30,648 nt of DNA, taken from the IMG/VR virus record IMGVR_UViG_3300009079_000079, positions 1-30,648 of that record; one strand, 5' to 3'. A program made the translations under genes and the position numbers. Of the stretch, positions 1 through 9,117 are shown one piece after another; the stretch's first letter is position 1, and every line of letters begins with the position of its first letter. A model generated the notes under the pieces. That model was not told the origin of the DNA. It searched no databases and saw only the letters and a list, made by a program, of their open reading frames with translations. The DNA is from a virus (lineage: Duplodnaviria > Caudoviricetes).

Positions 1-195
1 TGGAAAGAAAGTGGTGAAGCATCTGCTGGAGTTATAGCGCAAGAGGTAGAAAAAGTATTGCCATCTGCTATATCTGAAAACAAAGAAGGCAATAAATCCG
101 TAAACTATAATGAGCTTATAGGTGTTCTAATTGAGGCTGTTAAAGAACAACAGGTTCAAATAGATTCTTTAAAAAAAATGTTAGGAGATAATTAA
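1..195 (+). CDS. 3' end of tail fibre/spike with C-terminal intramolecular chaperone (peptidase S74 type); partial
   Basis: Frame 1 translated by hand: WKESGEASAGVIAQEVEKVLPSAISENKEGNKSVNYNELIGVLIEAVKEQQVQIDSLKKMLGDN*. G-x-IAQEV...P...VNY...LIEAVKE plus a coiled coil is the S74 chaperone signature. Stop overlaps the next ATG (TAATG). Confidence 0.9.
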   Translation, partial: WKESGEASAGVIAQEVEKVLPSAISENKEGNKSVNYNELIGVLIEAVKEQQVQIDSLKKMLGDN

Positions 196-764
196 TGTCG
201 CATAGTTTTGGAGCAGGTGTGGGAACAGTCCCCTATGACAGTCACACTACCAACTCATTCGTTTCGACTATTACTCTAGATGTCAATGACACATCAGACT
301 CTAATCGTTTAGTGTATGTTAACGGTACGTTTGATGTGTCAATTGACGGAAACCAATATTTATCTTTTAAATTTTTAGATAGCAGTGGTAACACTCTCAA
401 TAGTCGTTATAGTAGTAAAGCTTCTCGTACAACAAGTAGGTTTATGACCACAAGTAGTAGCAACCTTATTACGAATGGTTACTGGAATCTTGGCACTGCA
501 AACAGTTCTAATGTTTTATATGGTGAGATGCAAGATGTACAAATATATCTGGATATGAACCGCACATCGAATGGGGCTGGTAGGGTGTCTGGGTATTGGA
601 CAACTTACTACGAAAATACTGGTGGTGTTCCTATTGGTGCTAATGGTAGTTTTGTACTAGCAAGCAACACTATTGTAACAGCTTTAGAATTCTCTTCAAA
701 CGGGCCAGGTTCAGGAACAGTTAGGGGCAATTGTCGTTCACAGGTAATTTTAGGGAGGTATTAA
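195..764 (+). CDS. Beta-rich putative tail-fibre-associated/adhesin protein, paralogue 1 of 3 (189 aa)
   Basis: AGGAG SD, coupled to the fibre stop; Ser/Thr/Asn/Gly/Tyr-rich; N-terminal pattern shared with the next two ORFs. Function inferred from context. Confidence 0.6.
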   Translation: MSHSFGAGVGTVPYDSHTTNSFVSTITLDVNDTSDSNRLVYVNGTFDVSIDGNQYLSFKFLDSSGNTLNSRYSSKASRTTSRFMTTSSSNLITNGYWNLGTANSSNVLYGEMQDVQIYLDMNRTSNGAGRVSGYWTTYYENTGGVPIGANGSFVLASNTIVTALEFSSNGPGSGTVRGNCRSQVILGRY

Positions 765-765
765 C

Positions 766-1311
766 ATGGATTTTAAATCTAAAGGATTAGATCAAGAGCT
801 AGACTCCATTGCCTCTTTAACTACCGCTGTTAGTTCAGTAGATTTAGATGTACAAAATTCCACTAACACTGTTGCTACAACTTTTATATCTGGTATGATT
901 TCAGACACTGATACGTATTTTAGGCCGACTATCCAGTTCCTGTCTGGGACATCTGTTATTCCCCATGGGTACTGTACCAGCATTGATGGCACCACCAGTT
1001 ATGGACAAAGCACCAATACGGGAAACCCTATTAACTTTACTGATAGTTTTTGTTACACTAGCTCAGGAACTTATAACTTACAATTCACTGGTTGGATACA
1101 TAAGAGTGCACCTTTTACCAATGCAGGGCAAAAACTTACACACATAAATATAAGATCTATATTTTATGATAACAGTAACATGAAATCAGTTCATTTTCAA
1201 GCATCGTCAATAAACAATCAATCTGTAATTACAAGTATAAGATTTAGTGGTGGGAACTATGGTCCCTTTACGTATGCATTAAGATCTTACTCTCTAATAA
1301 TAGAAGATTAA
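766..1311 (+). CDS. Beta-rich putative tail-fibre-associated/adhesin protein, paralogue 2 of 3 (181 aa)
   Basis: GGAGG SD; G-L-x3-LDS...VSSVDLDV...ISG pattern; C-terminal ITSIRF matches VTALEF of paralogue 1. Confidence 0.6.
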   Translation: MDFKSKGLDQELDSIASLTTAVSSVDLDVQNSTNTVATTFISGMISDTDTYFRPTIQFLSGTSVIPHGYCTSIDGTTSYGQSTNTGNPINFTDSFCYTSSGTYNLQFTGWIHKSAPFTNAGQKLTHINIRSIFYDNSNMKSVHFQASSINNQSVITSIRFSGGNYGPFTYALRSYSLIIED

Positions 1312-1323
1312 AAGGAGAAAAAC

Positions 1324-1863
1324 ATGACTGTAAATTACACAGCTTCGGGAATGGAAAGCCTCCTAGATTCATATGACAGTGGGACTGCTAGTGCATCTAA
1401 TTTTGAATTGGATTTAAATCAAGGATCAAACACTAAGAGTTTAATTATGATACAAGGATCACTTAAACTTACTGGTGCAAGTACTGCAAACCTTGGTCTC
1501 TATATAAGATCTAGCGGTAATCAACAAGCCAATTGGTTTAACACTATTCAAACGGTAGGGACAACTAATTCTTACTATTGGAGTAATCCAGTGCCATACC
1601 AGTATACGACTTACTATAGATTATCAGCTAATAATACTTATCAAGTCCAAATGATGTTAGACTGTGAAAACAACGGGACAAGTTCCCCATATAAAAGAAT
1701 GAATTTGCATGTTGATGGTTTTGGGTATACCCAATACGGAATAAGAATGAATATAACAGACGGTTCCAGAGCCTCCCTAGCAGATCCCTACAAGATGTAT
1801 TGTTTTTGCACAAGTGGCTCCATGTTTGTAAAAATTAATTCATATGCAATTACAGGTAGATAA
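1324..1863 (+). CDS. Beta-rich putative tail-fibre-associated/adhesin protein, paralogue 3 of 3 (179 aa)
   Basis: AAGGAG SD; G-M-x3-LDS...ASNFELDL...IQG pattern; ends ITGR versus ILGRY in paralogue 1. Confidence 0.6.
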   Translation: MTVNYTASGMESLLDSYDSGTASASNFELDLNQGSNTKSLIMIQGSLKLTGASTANLGLYIRSSGNQQANWFNTIQTVGTTNSYYWSNPVPYQYTTYYRLSANNTYQVQMMLDCENNGTSSPYKRMNLHVDGFGYTQYGIRMNITDGSRASLADPYKMYCFCTSGSMFVKINSYAITGR

Positions 1864-1875
1864 AGGAGAATTAGA

Positions 1876-2196
1876 ATGGCAAAATCTTCAAGTTTTGTAA
1901 TTCGTGATGACGGAGATTATGATCTAGTTGAAACTAATCACAGGACTGACGAAATAACAATTTTAGATACAGTTACTGAAGCTGAGATGGAAGTCTATTT
2001 TGCACCATCACTAGAAGACACAGTAATGATGAATAGGTTACAAAGAGAGGGTCTGTTAGGTGAAACAGATTGGTGGGCAGTTTCAGATCGTACTATGACA
2101 GATGATCAAATTGCTTATAGACAAGCTTTAAGAGATATGCCTACTCATGGAAACTGGCCTAACTTAAACGAAGATGATTGGCCCACTAAACCATAA
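1876..2196 (+). CDS. Phage tail (fibre) assembly chaperone
   Basis: R-x2-R-x2-LL-x-ETDW...YRQALRDMP...WPTKP, the typical tail assembly chaperone motif; AAGGAG SD. Confidence 0.8.
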   Translation: MAKSSSFVIRDDGDYDLVETNHRTDEITILDTVTEAEMEVYFAPSLEDTVMMNRLQREGLLGETDWWAVSDRTMTDDQIAYRQALRDMPTHGNWPNLNEDDWPTKP

Positions 2197-2219
2197 TAAC
2201 AAACAAAAGGAAAATTAAA

Positions 2220-2438
2220 ATGGTAAAAGAAAATAACACAACCATTACAATTAATGATATAGAGTATGACACTAATGATTTTACAGATACTCAAAAAATA
2301 CTACTGAGTCATGTAACAGACCTTGATCGGAAGGTTGTTAATATTAAGTTTAATCTAGAACAATTAACCTTTGGTAGAGATTGTTTCTTAAAGGAGCTAG
2401 TGGCTTCTTTAGAGGAAGAGATTGAAGAAGCAGCGTAG
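2220..2438 (+). CDS. Small acidic helical phage hypothetical protein (72 aa)
   Basis: AAAGGA SD; ITINDIEY followed by an amphipathic helix/coiled coil; in line with flanking tail genes. Confidence 0.7.
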   Translation: MVKENNTTITINDIEYDTNDFTDTQKILLSHVTDLDRKVVNIKFNLEQLTFGRDCFLKELVASLEEEIEEAA

Positions 2439-2450
2439 TCTAAGGTATAT

Positions 2451-2473
2451 TCTCTAAGTTCCTTATAGGGGGG
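2451..2473 (+). promoter_or_regulatory. Candidate phage-RNAP (T7-style) promoter upstream of the RNR gene
   Basis: TCTCTAAGTTCCTTATA|GGGGGG has the TATA|GGG initiation geometry of T7-type promoters and lies in the largest intergenic gap of the window. Only one copy seen, so there is no consensus support. Confidence 0.35.
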
Positions 2474-2490
2474 TCTCAGGATCCCCCTTT
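2467..2490 (+). terminator. GC-rich hairpin (weak intrinsic terminator or 5' mRNA stem-loop)
   Basis: AGGGGGGTC-TCAG-GATCCCCCT, 9-bp stem with one G-U pair, followed by only a short T run. Confidence 0.45.
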
Positions 2491-2527
2491 GGATTAATTA
2501 ACATATAACAATATCACGAGGATATAC

Positions 2528-4282
2528 ATGCGCAACATTACTTATGAGGGTCCATCTACTCCCTTGTCTCAAGAATTAGATGAAATGAAGTACAGACAAA
2601 AGGGAGAGACCTTTGATGGTAAGGTTAAGCGTATCGCACGATCACTGTGCGATAGTGTAGAACACCAATGGGTCCTAGAGGACATCATTGGTCTGCAAAG
2701 ATTTTTACCAGCTGGTAGAGTACAGTCTGCAATGGGTGCAGGTAAGCTTGTTACTGCTTATAACTGTTTTGTATCAGGAGATATTAAAGATAGTATGGAT
2801 TCTATCATGGATCGTGCTAAAGAAGCAGCAGAAACAATGCGAAGAGGAGGTGGAATAGGTTATGATTTCTCTAAAGTACGCCCTAGAGGTACTCAAATCA
2901 AGTCGTTGGAAAGCCAAGCAAGTGGGCCTATCTCTTTTATGTCTATCTTTGATGCAGTCTGTCAAACAATCAGTAGTTCCGGTCATAGACGTGGTGCGCA
3001 AATGGGCGTACTCCGTATTGACCATCCGGATATCGTTGATTTCATTACTGCTAAACGTAATTCTGATAAGCTTACTGGTTTCAATATATCTCTAGGGATT
3101 ACCGACAAGTTTATGGAAGCTTTATCTAAGGAAGATGACAGCTTCGATCTAGTCTTTGATGGTATCACACATGAAACAGTCTCTGCAAAAGAGATCTGGG
3201 ACTTAGCGATGGAATCTACATGGGATTGGGCTGAGCCTGGTGTCTTGTTTATTGATCGTATTCAAGAAATGAATAACTTACATTACTGTGAGGACATTAG
3301 TGCTACTAATCCATGTGGTGAACAACCTTTACCACCATACGGTGCTTGCCTACTAGGGTCTTTTAACTGCACTAAGTACACAATTAAAAATAAAAATGGT
3401 AAATACACATTCGACTTTGCTCAGTTTAAGGAAGACATCCCACACGTTGTTCGTGCTATGGATAACGTTGTTGATCGTACTATCTACCCACTTCGGGAGC
3501 AAGAGGATGAGGCAAAGAATAAGCGGAGAATGGGACTCGGCGTTACAGGTCTTGCTAATGCAGGCGAGATGCTTGGATTCGAGTATGGCTCTAAACCTTT
3601 CTTGCGATGGATGGAAAAAGTCTTCGCATGTCTCAGAGACAACACCTACTACGCATCAGCAAAACTTGCAGAAGAAAAAGGAGCATTCCCCCTATATCGT
3701 GAAGACTACCTAAAAGGTAATTTTATTCGCACACTTCCAGCATTTGTACAAAAGGAGATCCGAAAGCATGGTATTAGAAACAGCCACCTCACGTCTATTG
3801 CGCCTACTGGGACAATCTCCCTCGTGGCAGATAACATCAGTGGTGGAATCGAACCAGTCTTTTCACATTCATACGAGCGTACCATCCAGACTTTTGACGG
3901 TCCACGCTATGAGAGTGTTGAGGACTATGCTTTTGCAAGAGGAGTCTCCGGACGAAAGGCAGATGACATTTCCGTTCATGAACACTTAACTGTTTTAACC
4001 CTAGCCCAACATTACATTGACAGTGCTTGTTCTAAAACCTGCAATGTGGGAGATGATGTTACCTATGATGATTTCAAACGTGTTTACGAAACGGCATGGA
4101 AAGAGGGAGCCAAGGGCTGTACCACATTTAGGATCTCTGGAAAACGCTACGGAATCTTCAATGAGGCCGTGGAAAAGGAAGCGGAGACTGAGGGCCAGAT
4201 TGAAGGTGCTGCAGAGACGGACGGAGCGAAAGCAGAGGCGTGTTTTTTTGACCCGACTACTGGGCAGCGAGAGTGCTCGTGA
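2528..4282 (+). CDS. nrdJ: Ribonucleotide reductase, most likely class II (adenosylcobalamin-dependent)
   Basis: YNCFV, GGGIGYDFS, RRGAQM, TNPCGEQPL (thiyl-radical Cys), SIAPTGT, SKTCN, KGCTTFR and a C-terminal Cys pair (ACFFDPTTGQRECS). No ATP cone, no class I YY pair, no beta-subunit gene in the window. Confidence 0.88.
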   Translation: MRNITYEGPSTPLSQELDEMKYRQKGETFDGKVKRIARSLCDSVEHQWVLEDIIGLQRFLPAGRVQSAMGAGKLVTAYNCFVSGDIKDSMDSIMDRAKEAAETMRRGGGIGYDFSKVRPRGTQIKSLESQASGPISFMSIFDAVCQTISSSGHRRGAQMGVLRIDHPDIVDFITAKRNSDKLTGFNISLGITDKFMEALSKEDDSFDLVFDGITHETVSAKEIWDLAMESTWDWAEPGVLFIDRIQEMNNLHYCEDISATNPCGEQPLPPYGACLLGSFNCTKYTIKNKNGKYTFDFAQFKEDIPHVVRAMDNVVDRTIYPLREQEDEAKNKRRMGLGVTGLANAGEMLGFEYGSKPFLRWMEKVFACLRDNTYYASAKLAEEKGAFPLYREDYLKGNFIRTLPAFVQKEIRKHGIRNSHLTSIAPTGTISLVADNISGGIEPVFSHSYERTIQTFDGPRYESVEDYAFARGVSGRKADDISVHEHLTVLTLAQHYIDSACSKTCNVGDDVTYDDFKRVYETAWKEGAKGCTTFRISGKRYGIFNEAVEKEAETEGQIEGAAETDGAKAEACFFDPTTGQRECS

Positions 4283-4309
4283 GTTATTAGATTAAAATAG
4301 GAGGTAGCG

Positions 4310-6067
4310 ATGCCACAAGAGATTATATTACCAATCACAAACCTAGCATCTGCAGGTCTTGTTGAAGATGCTCCTGCAGTGTCGCTACCACCTAATGTTT
4401 TTTCAGAAGTACAAAATGTTCGTTTTAGGGATGGAGCTGTTAAAAGGTTCCCTTCCGATGTGGATAAGCTGACATCACTTACAGACGTTGTGTACGTTGC
4501 ATATTGGCCCTCTACCCTTGGGGATAGATATGTGGTCATAGTAGACAATGGAAGCAACACAGTGTTCACAGTTTACAACAGCTCCTTCTCTGTGGTTTCA
4601 TCACAAGGTGGTACAAACACTGGGGTTACTGGTGGAAGTTGGCAGCATACTTTGTTCAATGGTGGTTATCATATTATTTTTAACAATGGTAACTCTACCC
4701 CTGTATTCCTACAAGATGATGTTGCAGGTGTTATTCAGCTTCCTGGATGGGATTCTTATGCCATTGAGGAAGAGCTTAGCTCTTTTGAACACGATGGTTC
4801 TTCTGGTGCGGTGCAAATTAAAAACACTGTATTTGCAAATCCAGGGTCAGGTAATTCTATTTCTGTAAAAATGACTGCACTGCCTCGTAACACTGCCTCT
4901 CCGATACAGACAGAGACAGTTACAATAAATAGCTCTGGGACTGTATCCCCCGATGCAACCCTCCTTAACATTGGCACAATAACTAATGTTAACTATTCAA
5001 CTAATTCTTTTGATTTTACTCCAGACACATCGTCAGGTGGCACTACCTATAAGGCATACGTTACATCTACCCCAGTTACTAGTGTAACAGCGGGTGTTGT
5101 AAGATCGTATGGTAACTTAATAGTCGCAGGTAACCTTAAGGAAACTGGTGGTCGTACCCTTACAGGTACTATCAGAACCTCTGATGTTGCAGGTCCAGGT
5201 GCTATGCCTGAGAATTGGAACCCTTTTAAAAACGGCGCTAATACAGCAGATGAGTTTATATTAGCCTCTACAGGTACTATTCAAGATCTGGCAGAGTTGC
5301 AAGGAGTTTTGTATATTTATACAGATTCTTCAATCCACGCTGTCCAAAGAACAAACTCTGAGTTTGTACCTTTTCAGATATCGACAGTCACTGATAACTA
5401 TGGAGTTAATAATACAGATGGTGTTATAGAAGTAGATGGTAAACATATTGTCTATGGAAGCAATGACTGTTATGTTTTTGCAGGGCACCCTGGATCTATC
5501 TCTTCCATATCTGATGGACGTGTTCGTAATTTCTTCCGTAATAACACAACAATAAAATCTGTAAGATTTAATAAGTATGATGAAACTTGGTTTTGGTCAG
5601 GTAGTGTTATATACGTTTGGAACTACAGGAACAACGTTTGGACTAAGAGGGACATACCTGCAGGTACAAACTCTATAACTTCCATTAGAGGAGACCTCCT
5701 TTTGTCAGCACCTACAAAAATTGTTAGTGTAGATGGAAGTTCATATTTACCGAATGCTGTATTAGAACGTAAGCGCATGGCAGTAACTCCTGAGTTTGAC
5801 ACTGAAAGTGTTTCTGGTATGGCATTACTTTTTGATGGACCCTCTAAGGTTAATATTAAATACGCTGGAATTGATAAAGTTGGTACAACAGTTGACTTCT
5901 CAGCTAAGCCTGCGATACCTTTTGATACTTCTTTAGATTATAAGGCAGACGTTAGATTTAATGGTAGATTTTTAAATTACAGAATAGAAAGTCAATCAAA
6001 CGAGACAAATTTAGATTGGAATCTTACAGGTTACCACATTCAAATCAGTAAAGGAGGTGCTAGGTAA
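4310..6067 (+). CDS. Tail nozzle/stabilisation protein (tail tubular protein B or P22 gp10-like beta-propeller)
   Basis: GGAGG SD; N-terminal G...D.P...LPPN.FS...NVRF.DG pattern, beta-rich repeats, WNY..NVW and C-terminal GRFL.YRI; position before fibre and internal virion genes. Confidence 0.7.
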   Translation: MPQEIILPITNLASAGLVEDAPAVSLPPNVFSEVQNVRFRDGAVKRFPSDVDKLTSLTDVVYVAYWPSTLGDRYVVIVDNGSNTVFTVYNSSFSVVSSQGGTNTGVTGGSWQHTLFNGGYHIIFNNGNSTPVFLQDDVAGVIQLPGWDSYAIEEELSSFEHDGSSGAVQIKNTVFANPGSGNSISVKMTALPRNTASPIQTETVTINSSGTVSPDATLLNIGTITNVNYSTNSFDFTPDTSSGGTTYKAYVTSTPVTSVTAGVVRSYGNLIVAGNLKETGGRTLTGTIRTSDVAGPGAMPENWNPFKNGANTADEFILASTGTIQDLAELQGVLYIYTDSSIHAVQRTNSEFVPFQISTVTDNYGVNNTDGVIEVDGKHIVYGSNDCYVFAGHPGSISSISDGRVRNFFRNNTTIKSVRFNKYDETWFWSGSVIYVWNYRNNVWTKRDIPAGTNSITSIRGDLLLSAPTKIVSVDGSSYLPNAVLERKRMAVTPEFDTESVSGMALLFDGPSKVNIKYAGIDKVGTTVDFSAKPAIPFDTSLDYKADVRFNGRFLNYRIESQSNETNLDWNLTGYHIQISKGGAR

Positions 6068-9000
6068 TGTCTATTATTAGACCACCCTACACAGGAGACC
6101 CCCTAATAGACTCTTGGACAAACCAAATAACTCAGGCTATTAACATGGGGCTTACGCTTCCTGGGGTTCAAGGTCAGTCTGGAGGGGACGGGTCATCAGG
6201 CACTGCTGGTAATACAACTCTTTATTTATATCAAAGAACAACAACTAATTCTGCACCCAGTAGACCTACAAGTGTTGCTTATGATTATACTGACATTGAC
6301 AATGTTACAATAACCGCCAACAATTCTTGGCTTGGTGAAGTCCCTACGTCTGGGGGTAAGTATCTTTGGATTACTTTCAGGTACGTGTCTGAACTGGTAG
6401 ATACAATCACTCAATCTAACACTTGGAACACCCCTGTCTTATTAGCTGTTGATGGTGATGATGGTGCGGATGGACTTACAGGTGCTTCTTCTAATATTAT
6501 ATTTATAAGGTCTGCCACCCAACCATCCACTCCTTCAGCCAGTTCTGGAATACCCTCTGGTTGGTATGATACCCCACCTGCGGGTACCGAAATATTATGG
6601 TCATCCTCTGGTACCAAAACTGTAGGGGCTACGACATTTACATGGGGTACTCCTTTCCAGATAGAGGGTACATCTGTTGCGGAAGTGTTTATATATCGTA
6701 AGAATAGTAGTACTTTTACTGCTGGAACTAGTAGTTATAATTTTGTAACACAGACATTAACAGCTCCGACTAATTGGTCAACTACTGTACCTACTCTTTC
6801 TTCGGATGGAGATGTGATTTATCGGGTAAGTGGTGTAACCTCTGGAGCTGCAACTCAAACATCTGCTGCTATAACTTATGGCTTACCCGTTGTATACGCA
6901 CAGAGAACTGATGGCACAGATGGAACAGACGGCACAGATGGCACAGATGGCACAGATGGCACAGATGGCACAGATGGCACAGATGGCAATGATGGGCTTA
7001 CAGGTGCCTCTTCTAATGTTATTTTTATAAGATCTGCTAATGCACCCTCTACCCCTTCGGCTAGTGCTGGAATACCCTCTGGTTGGTATGACAGCCCACC
7101 CACAGGTACAAATATTCTGTGGGCAGCTTCGGGCACTAAAGTTGTAGGAGCTACCACATTTACATGGGGCACTCCTTTTCAAATAGAAGGTGCATCTGTT
7201 GCAGAAGTTTCTGTATATCGTAAAAACGTCAGCACTTTCTCTACTGGTGGAAGTTATAATTTTGTAACACAAACATTAACAGCTCCGACTAATTGGTCAA
7301 CTACTGTACCTACCCTTTCTTCAAATAATGATATAATCTACAGAGTAAGTGGTGTAACATCTGGAGCTGCAACCCAAACAGCTGCATCTGTATCTTATGG
7401 ATCGCCTGTGATTTATGCACAAAGAACGGATGGGACTAATGGTGGTACTGGTGATACTGGTCCTCGTCGTGCTAACGGTTTTATTTACCGTTCAACATTT
7501 TCAGCAGGCTCTGCTCCAACAGGGGGCTCAATAAATTGGCCCACAGGTGTTCTAACCCCTCCGACAGGGGGTTGGTCTAACACAGCTCCATCTACTACAT
7601 CATCCGGTAATAGTGTATTCGTATCTTACTGGGCAGCATCAGAAGCTGATGACCGCCTGTCAACTGCGATTACATATACCGTACCAGTTCTAGCTCAGGT
7701 CGTAGTCAACGATATTAAGTCTGTTAACTTTGATGGTACTGTTGATAATCTCATTGGCCCTAACAGTAACTCAGGTACTGTAGGTTACGCAATGGATGCT
7801 TCAACAGGTACAGCAGTGTTCAGTAACGTTATTGTACGTGGTCGTGTTACAAATGAAGCTGAACGATTCCTTAGTGGTTCCGCAGGTACTTGGACTACCA
7901 TTACCGCATCATCAACTAATATCCACCTTGAACCAGCTTTCTCAGAAGGCGCGGGGCCATACAGGATATTTGTTGTAGGCGCAGGTGGTGCTGGTGCAAG
8001 AGCTGCGCCGTTAGATCCAATTACTTCTGGCGGTATTGTGTCTAGAACCTGGGCTGCAGGCGGTGGTGGTGCTGGAGGCTTTGCTGCCTTTACACTCGAA
8101 TGGGATGGCACTACTGCCCTAGACTGCACAGTCGGTTCTGGTGGTGAATCTATAGGTCGTGTTGACCTGTATCACGCTGGTAACACTGGTGGCGCAACTA
8201 CCTTCTCTATAGGAGGCAGTGTAGTTGTAACATGCAACGGTGGTACTGGTGGTGTGCACGAATTAAGCTCGACTACCATTTCATCAGGGGGTTCTGGCGG
8301 AACGGCAACAATAGCAACTAACGCACTCATAACCGACACCGCTGACAACGTTACGAATACAGGTGGCTCTGGTGGTTATGGAATTGCTAGGGTCTACACT
8401 ACTAACACTACTAGCATGGCTTGCGGAGGCGGTGGAGGTGTAAACTTCTTATCAAAGTCTAACACAAACGGCGGCTTTGCAAGTATTGGAGCCACTAACC
8501 TACGAGTCGGTGCTGGACATATTGCAGTCGCGGGTGGTGGTGGTGGTGGCCCATTTGGAGCTGGTATTAATGCATCAATTAGTGCAGCCAGTGATGGTGG
8601 CGCTGTTAATGGTAGTGATGTATTCGTGGGGTCTGGTAGGGGTATCTTCGGAACAGGTGCCTATGGCAGTTATGTATCCGGTAACGGAAGCGGTGGAAGT
8701 GCTGGTGAGGTAGCCCCTGGTGGTTCAGGGGTGATCGGTCCATACCTCGGCAGTCTAGCACAAGGTTTCTCTATTGCAATTGCACAACCACACACAGGCA
8801 CTACAGGTGGTAACTCTCCTCCATTGGGTAATCGTACAGCCATCATGTCTGGTGGTGGTGCCTTTGCTAAGGCAGGAGGTCAGACAGAAATTGCAGGCTT
8901 TGAGTACAAAGCACAAGATGGTGAAATATTTGGAGGAGGTGGCGGTGCTGCTTACTCTAACTCTGCTTTGTCTAATACTTCAAGTGGTGTTGCTAACGCA

Positions 9001-9108
9001 CCTAGAGGTGGTAACGGTGGCTTCGGTGCTGGTGGAGGTGCTGGTGGTAGAAGTCAAATTACAAGCAGTAGAGGTGGTGACGGTATTATACTTATCGCAA
9101 GACTATAG
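6067..9108 (+). CDS. Tail fibre/adhesin with duplicated beta domains, collagen-like linkers and a glycine-rich C-terminal domain (1013 aa)
   Basis: IIRPPYTGDP..DSWT.Q N-terminus, G-X-Y tracts, two ~149-aa near-identical units, then VGAGGAG...GGGGAGG...GGDGIILI glycine-rich domain; followed by a chaperone-like ORF. Confidence 0.8.
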   Translation: MSIIRPPYTGDPLIDSWTNQITQAINMGLTLPGVQGQSGGDGSSGTAGNTTLYLYQRTTTNSAPSRPTSVAYDYTDIDNVTITANNSWLGEVPTSGGKYLWITFRYVSELVDTITQSNTWNTPVLLAVDGDDGADGLTGASSNIIFIRSATQPSTPSASSGIPSGWYDTPPAGTEILWSSSGTKTVGATTFTWGTPFQIEGTSVAEVFIYRKNSSTFTAGTSSYNFVTQTLTAPTNWSTTVPTLSSDGDVIYRVSGVTSGAATQTSAAITYGLPVVYAQRTDGTDGTDGTDGTDGTDGTDGTDGTDGNDGLTGASSNVIFIRSANAPSTPSASAGIPSGWYDSPPTGTNILWAASGTKVVGATTFTWGTPFQIEGASVAEVSVYRKNVSTFSTGGSYNFVTQTLTAPTNWSTTVPTLSSNNDIIYRVSGVTSGAATQTAASVSYGSPVIYAQRTDGTNGGTGDTGPRRANGFIYRSTFSAGSAPTGGSINWPTGVLTPPTGGWSNTAPSTTSSGNSVFVSYWAASEADDRLSTAITYTVPVLAQVVVNDIKSVNFDGTVDNLIGPNSNSGTVGYAMDASTGTAVFSNVIVRGRVTNEAERFLSGSAGTWTTITASSTNIHLEPAFSEGAGPYRIFVVGAGGAGARAAPLDPITSGGIVSRTWAAGGGGAGGFAAFTLEWDGTTALDCTVGSGGESIGRVDLYHAGNTGGATTFSIGGSVVVTCNGGTGGVHELSSTTISSGGSGGTATIATNALITDTADNVTNTGGSGGYGIARVYTTNTTSMACGGGGGVNFLSKSNTNGGFASIGATNLRVGAGHIAVAGGGGGGPFGAGINASISAASDGGAVNGSDVFVGSGRGIFGTGAYGSYVSGNGSGGSAGEVAPGGSGVIGPYLGSLAQGFSIAIAQPHTGTTGGNSPPLGNRTAIMSGGGAFAKAGGQTEIAGFEYKAQDGEIFGGGGGAAYSNSALSNTSSGVANAPRGGNGGFGAGGGAGGRSQITSSRGGDGIILIARL
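6469..7434 (+). repeat. Intragenic direct duplication (~447 nt at 6469-6915 and ~444 nt at 6991-7434)
   Basis: DGLTGASSN(I/V)IFIRSA...FTWGTPFQIEG...YNFVTQTLTAPTNWSTTVPTLSS...YAQRTDG occurs twice, with long identical DNA stretches such as acattaacagctccgactaattggtcaactactgtacctac. Confidence 0.95.
6910..6999 (+). repeat. 9-bp tandem repeat (GATGGCACA) encoding collagen-like (DGT)8-DGN-DGL
   Basis: Read directly; eight DGT units, the last five perfect GATGGCACA. Confidence 0.95.
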
Positions 9109-9117
9109 GAGACTACT

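Noticed and set aside
2439-2527. Cobalamin riboswitch upstream of the class II RNR
   Set aside because: The gap is only ~89 nt and has no B12-box-like sequence.
6910-6999. Possible CRISPR-like array (also 14444-14497)
   Set aside because: Contiguous in-frame tandem repeats with no spacers.
6876-7272. Antisense ORFs with (PSV)n and (ICA)n repeats
   Set aside because: Shadows of the 9-bp collagen-like repeat.
6469-7434. Duplication as a DGR template/variable repeat pair
   Set aside because: Both copies are in frame within one ORF, the differences are not adenine-specific, and no reverse transcriptase is in the window.
9095-9113. GACTATAGGAGA resembling a T7 promoter core
   Set aside because: Fully explained by a Leu codon, the TAG stop and the SD of the next gene; no upstream similarity to the 2451 candidate.
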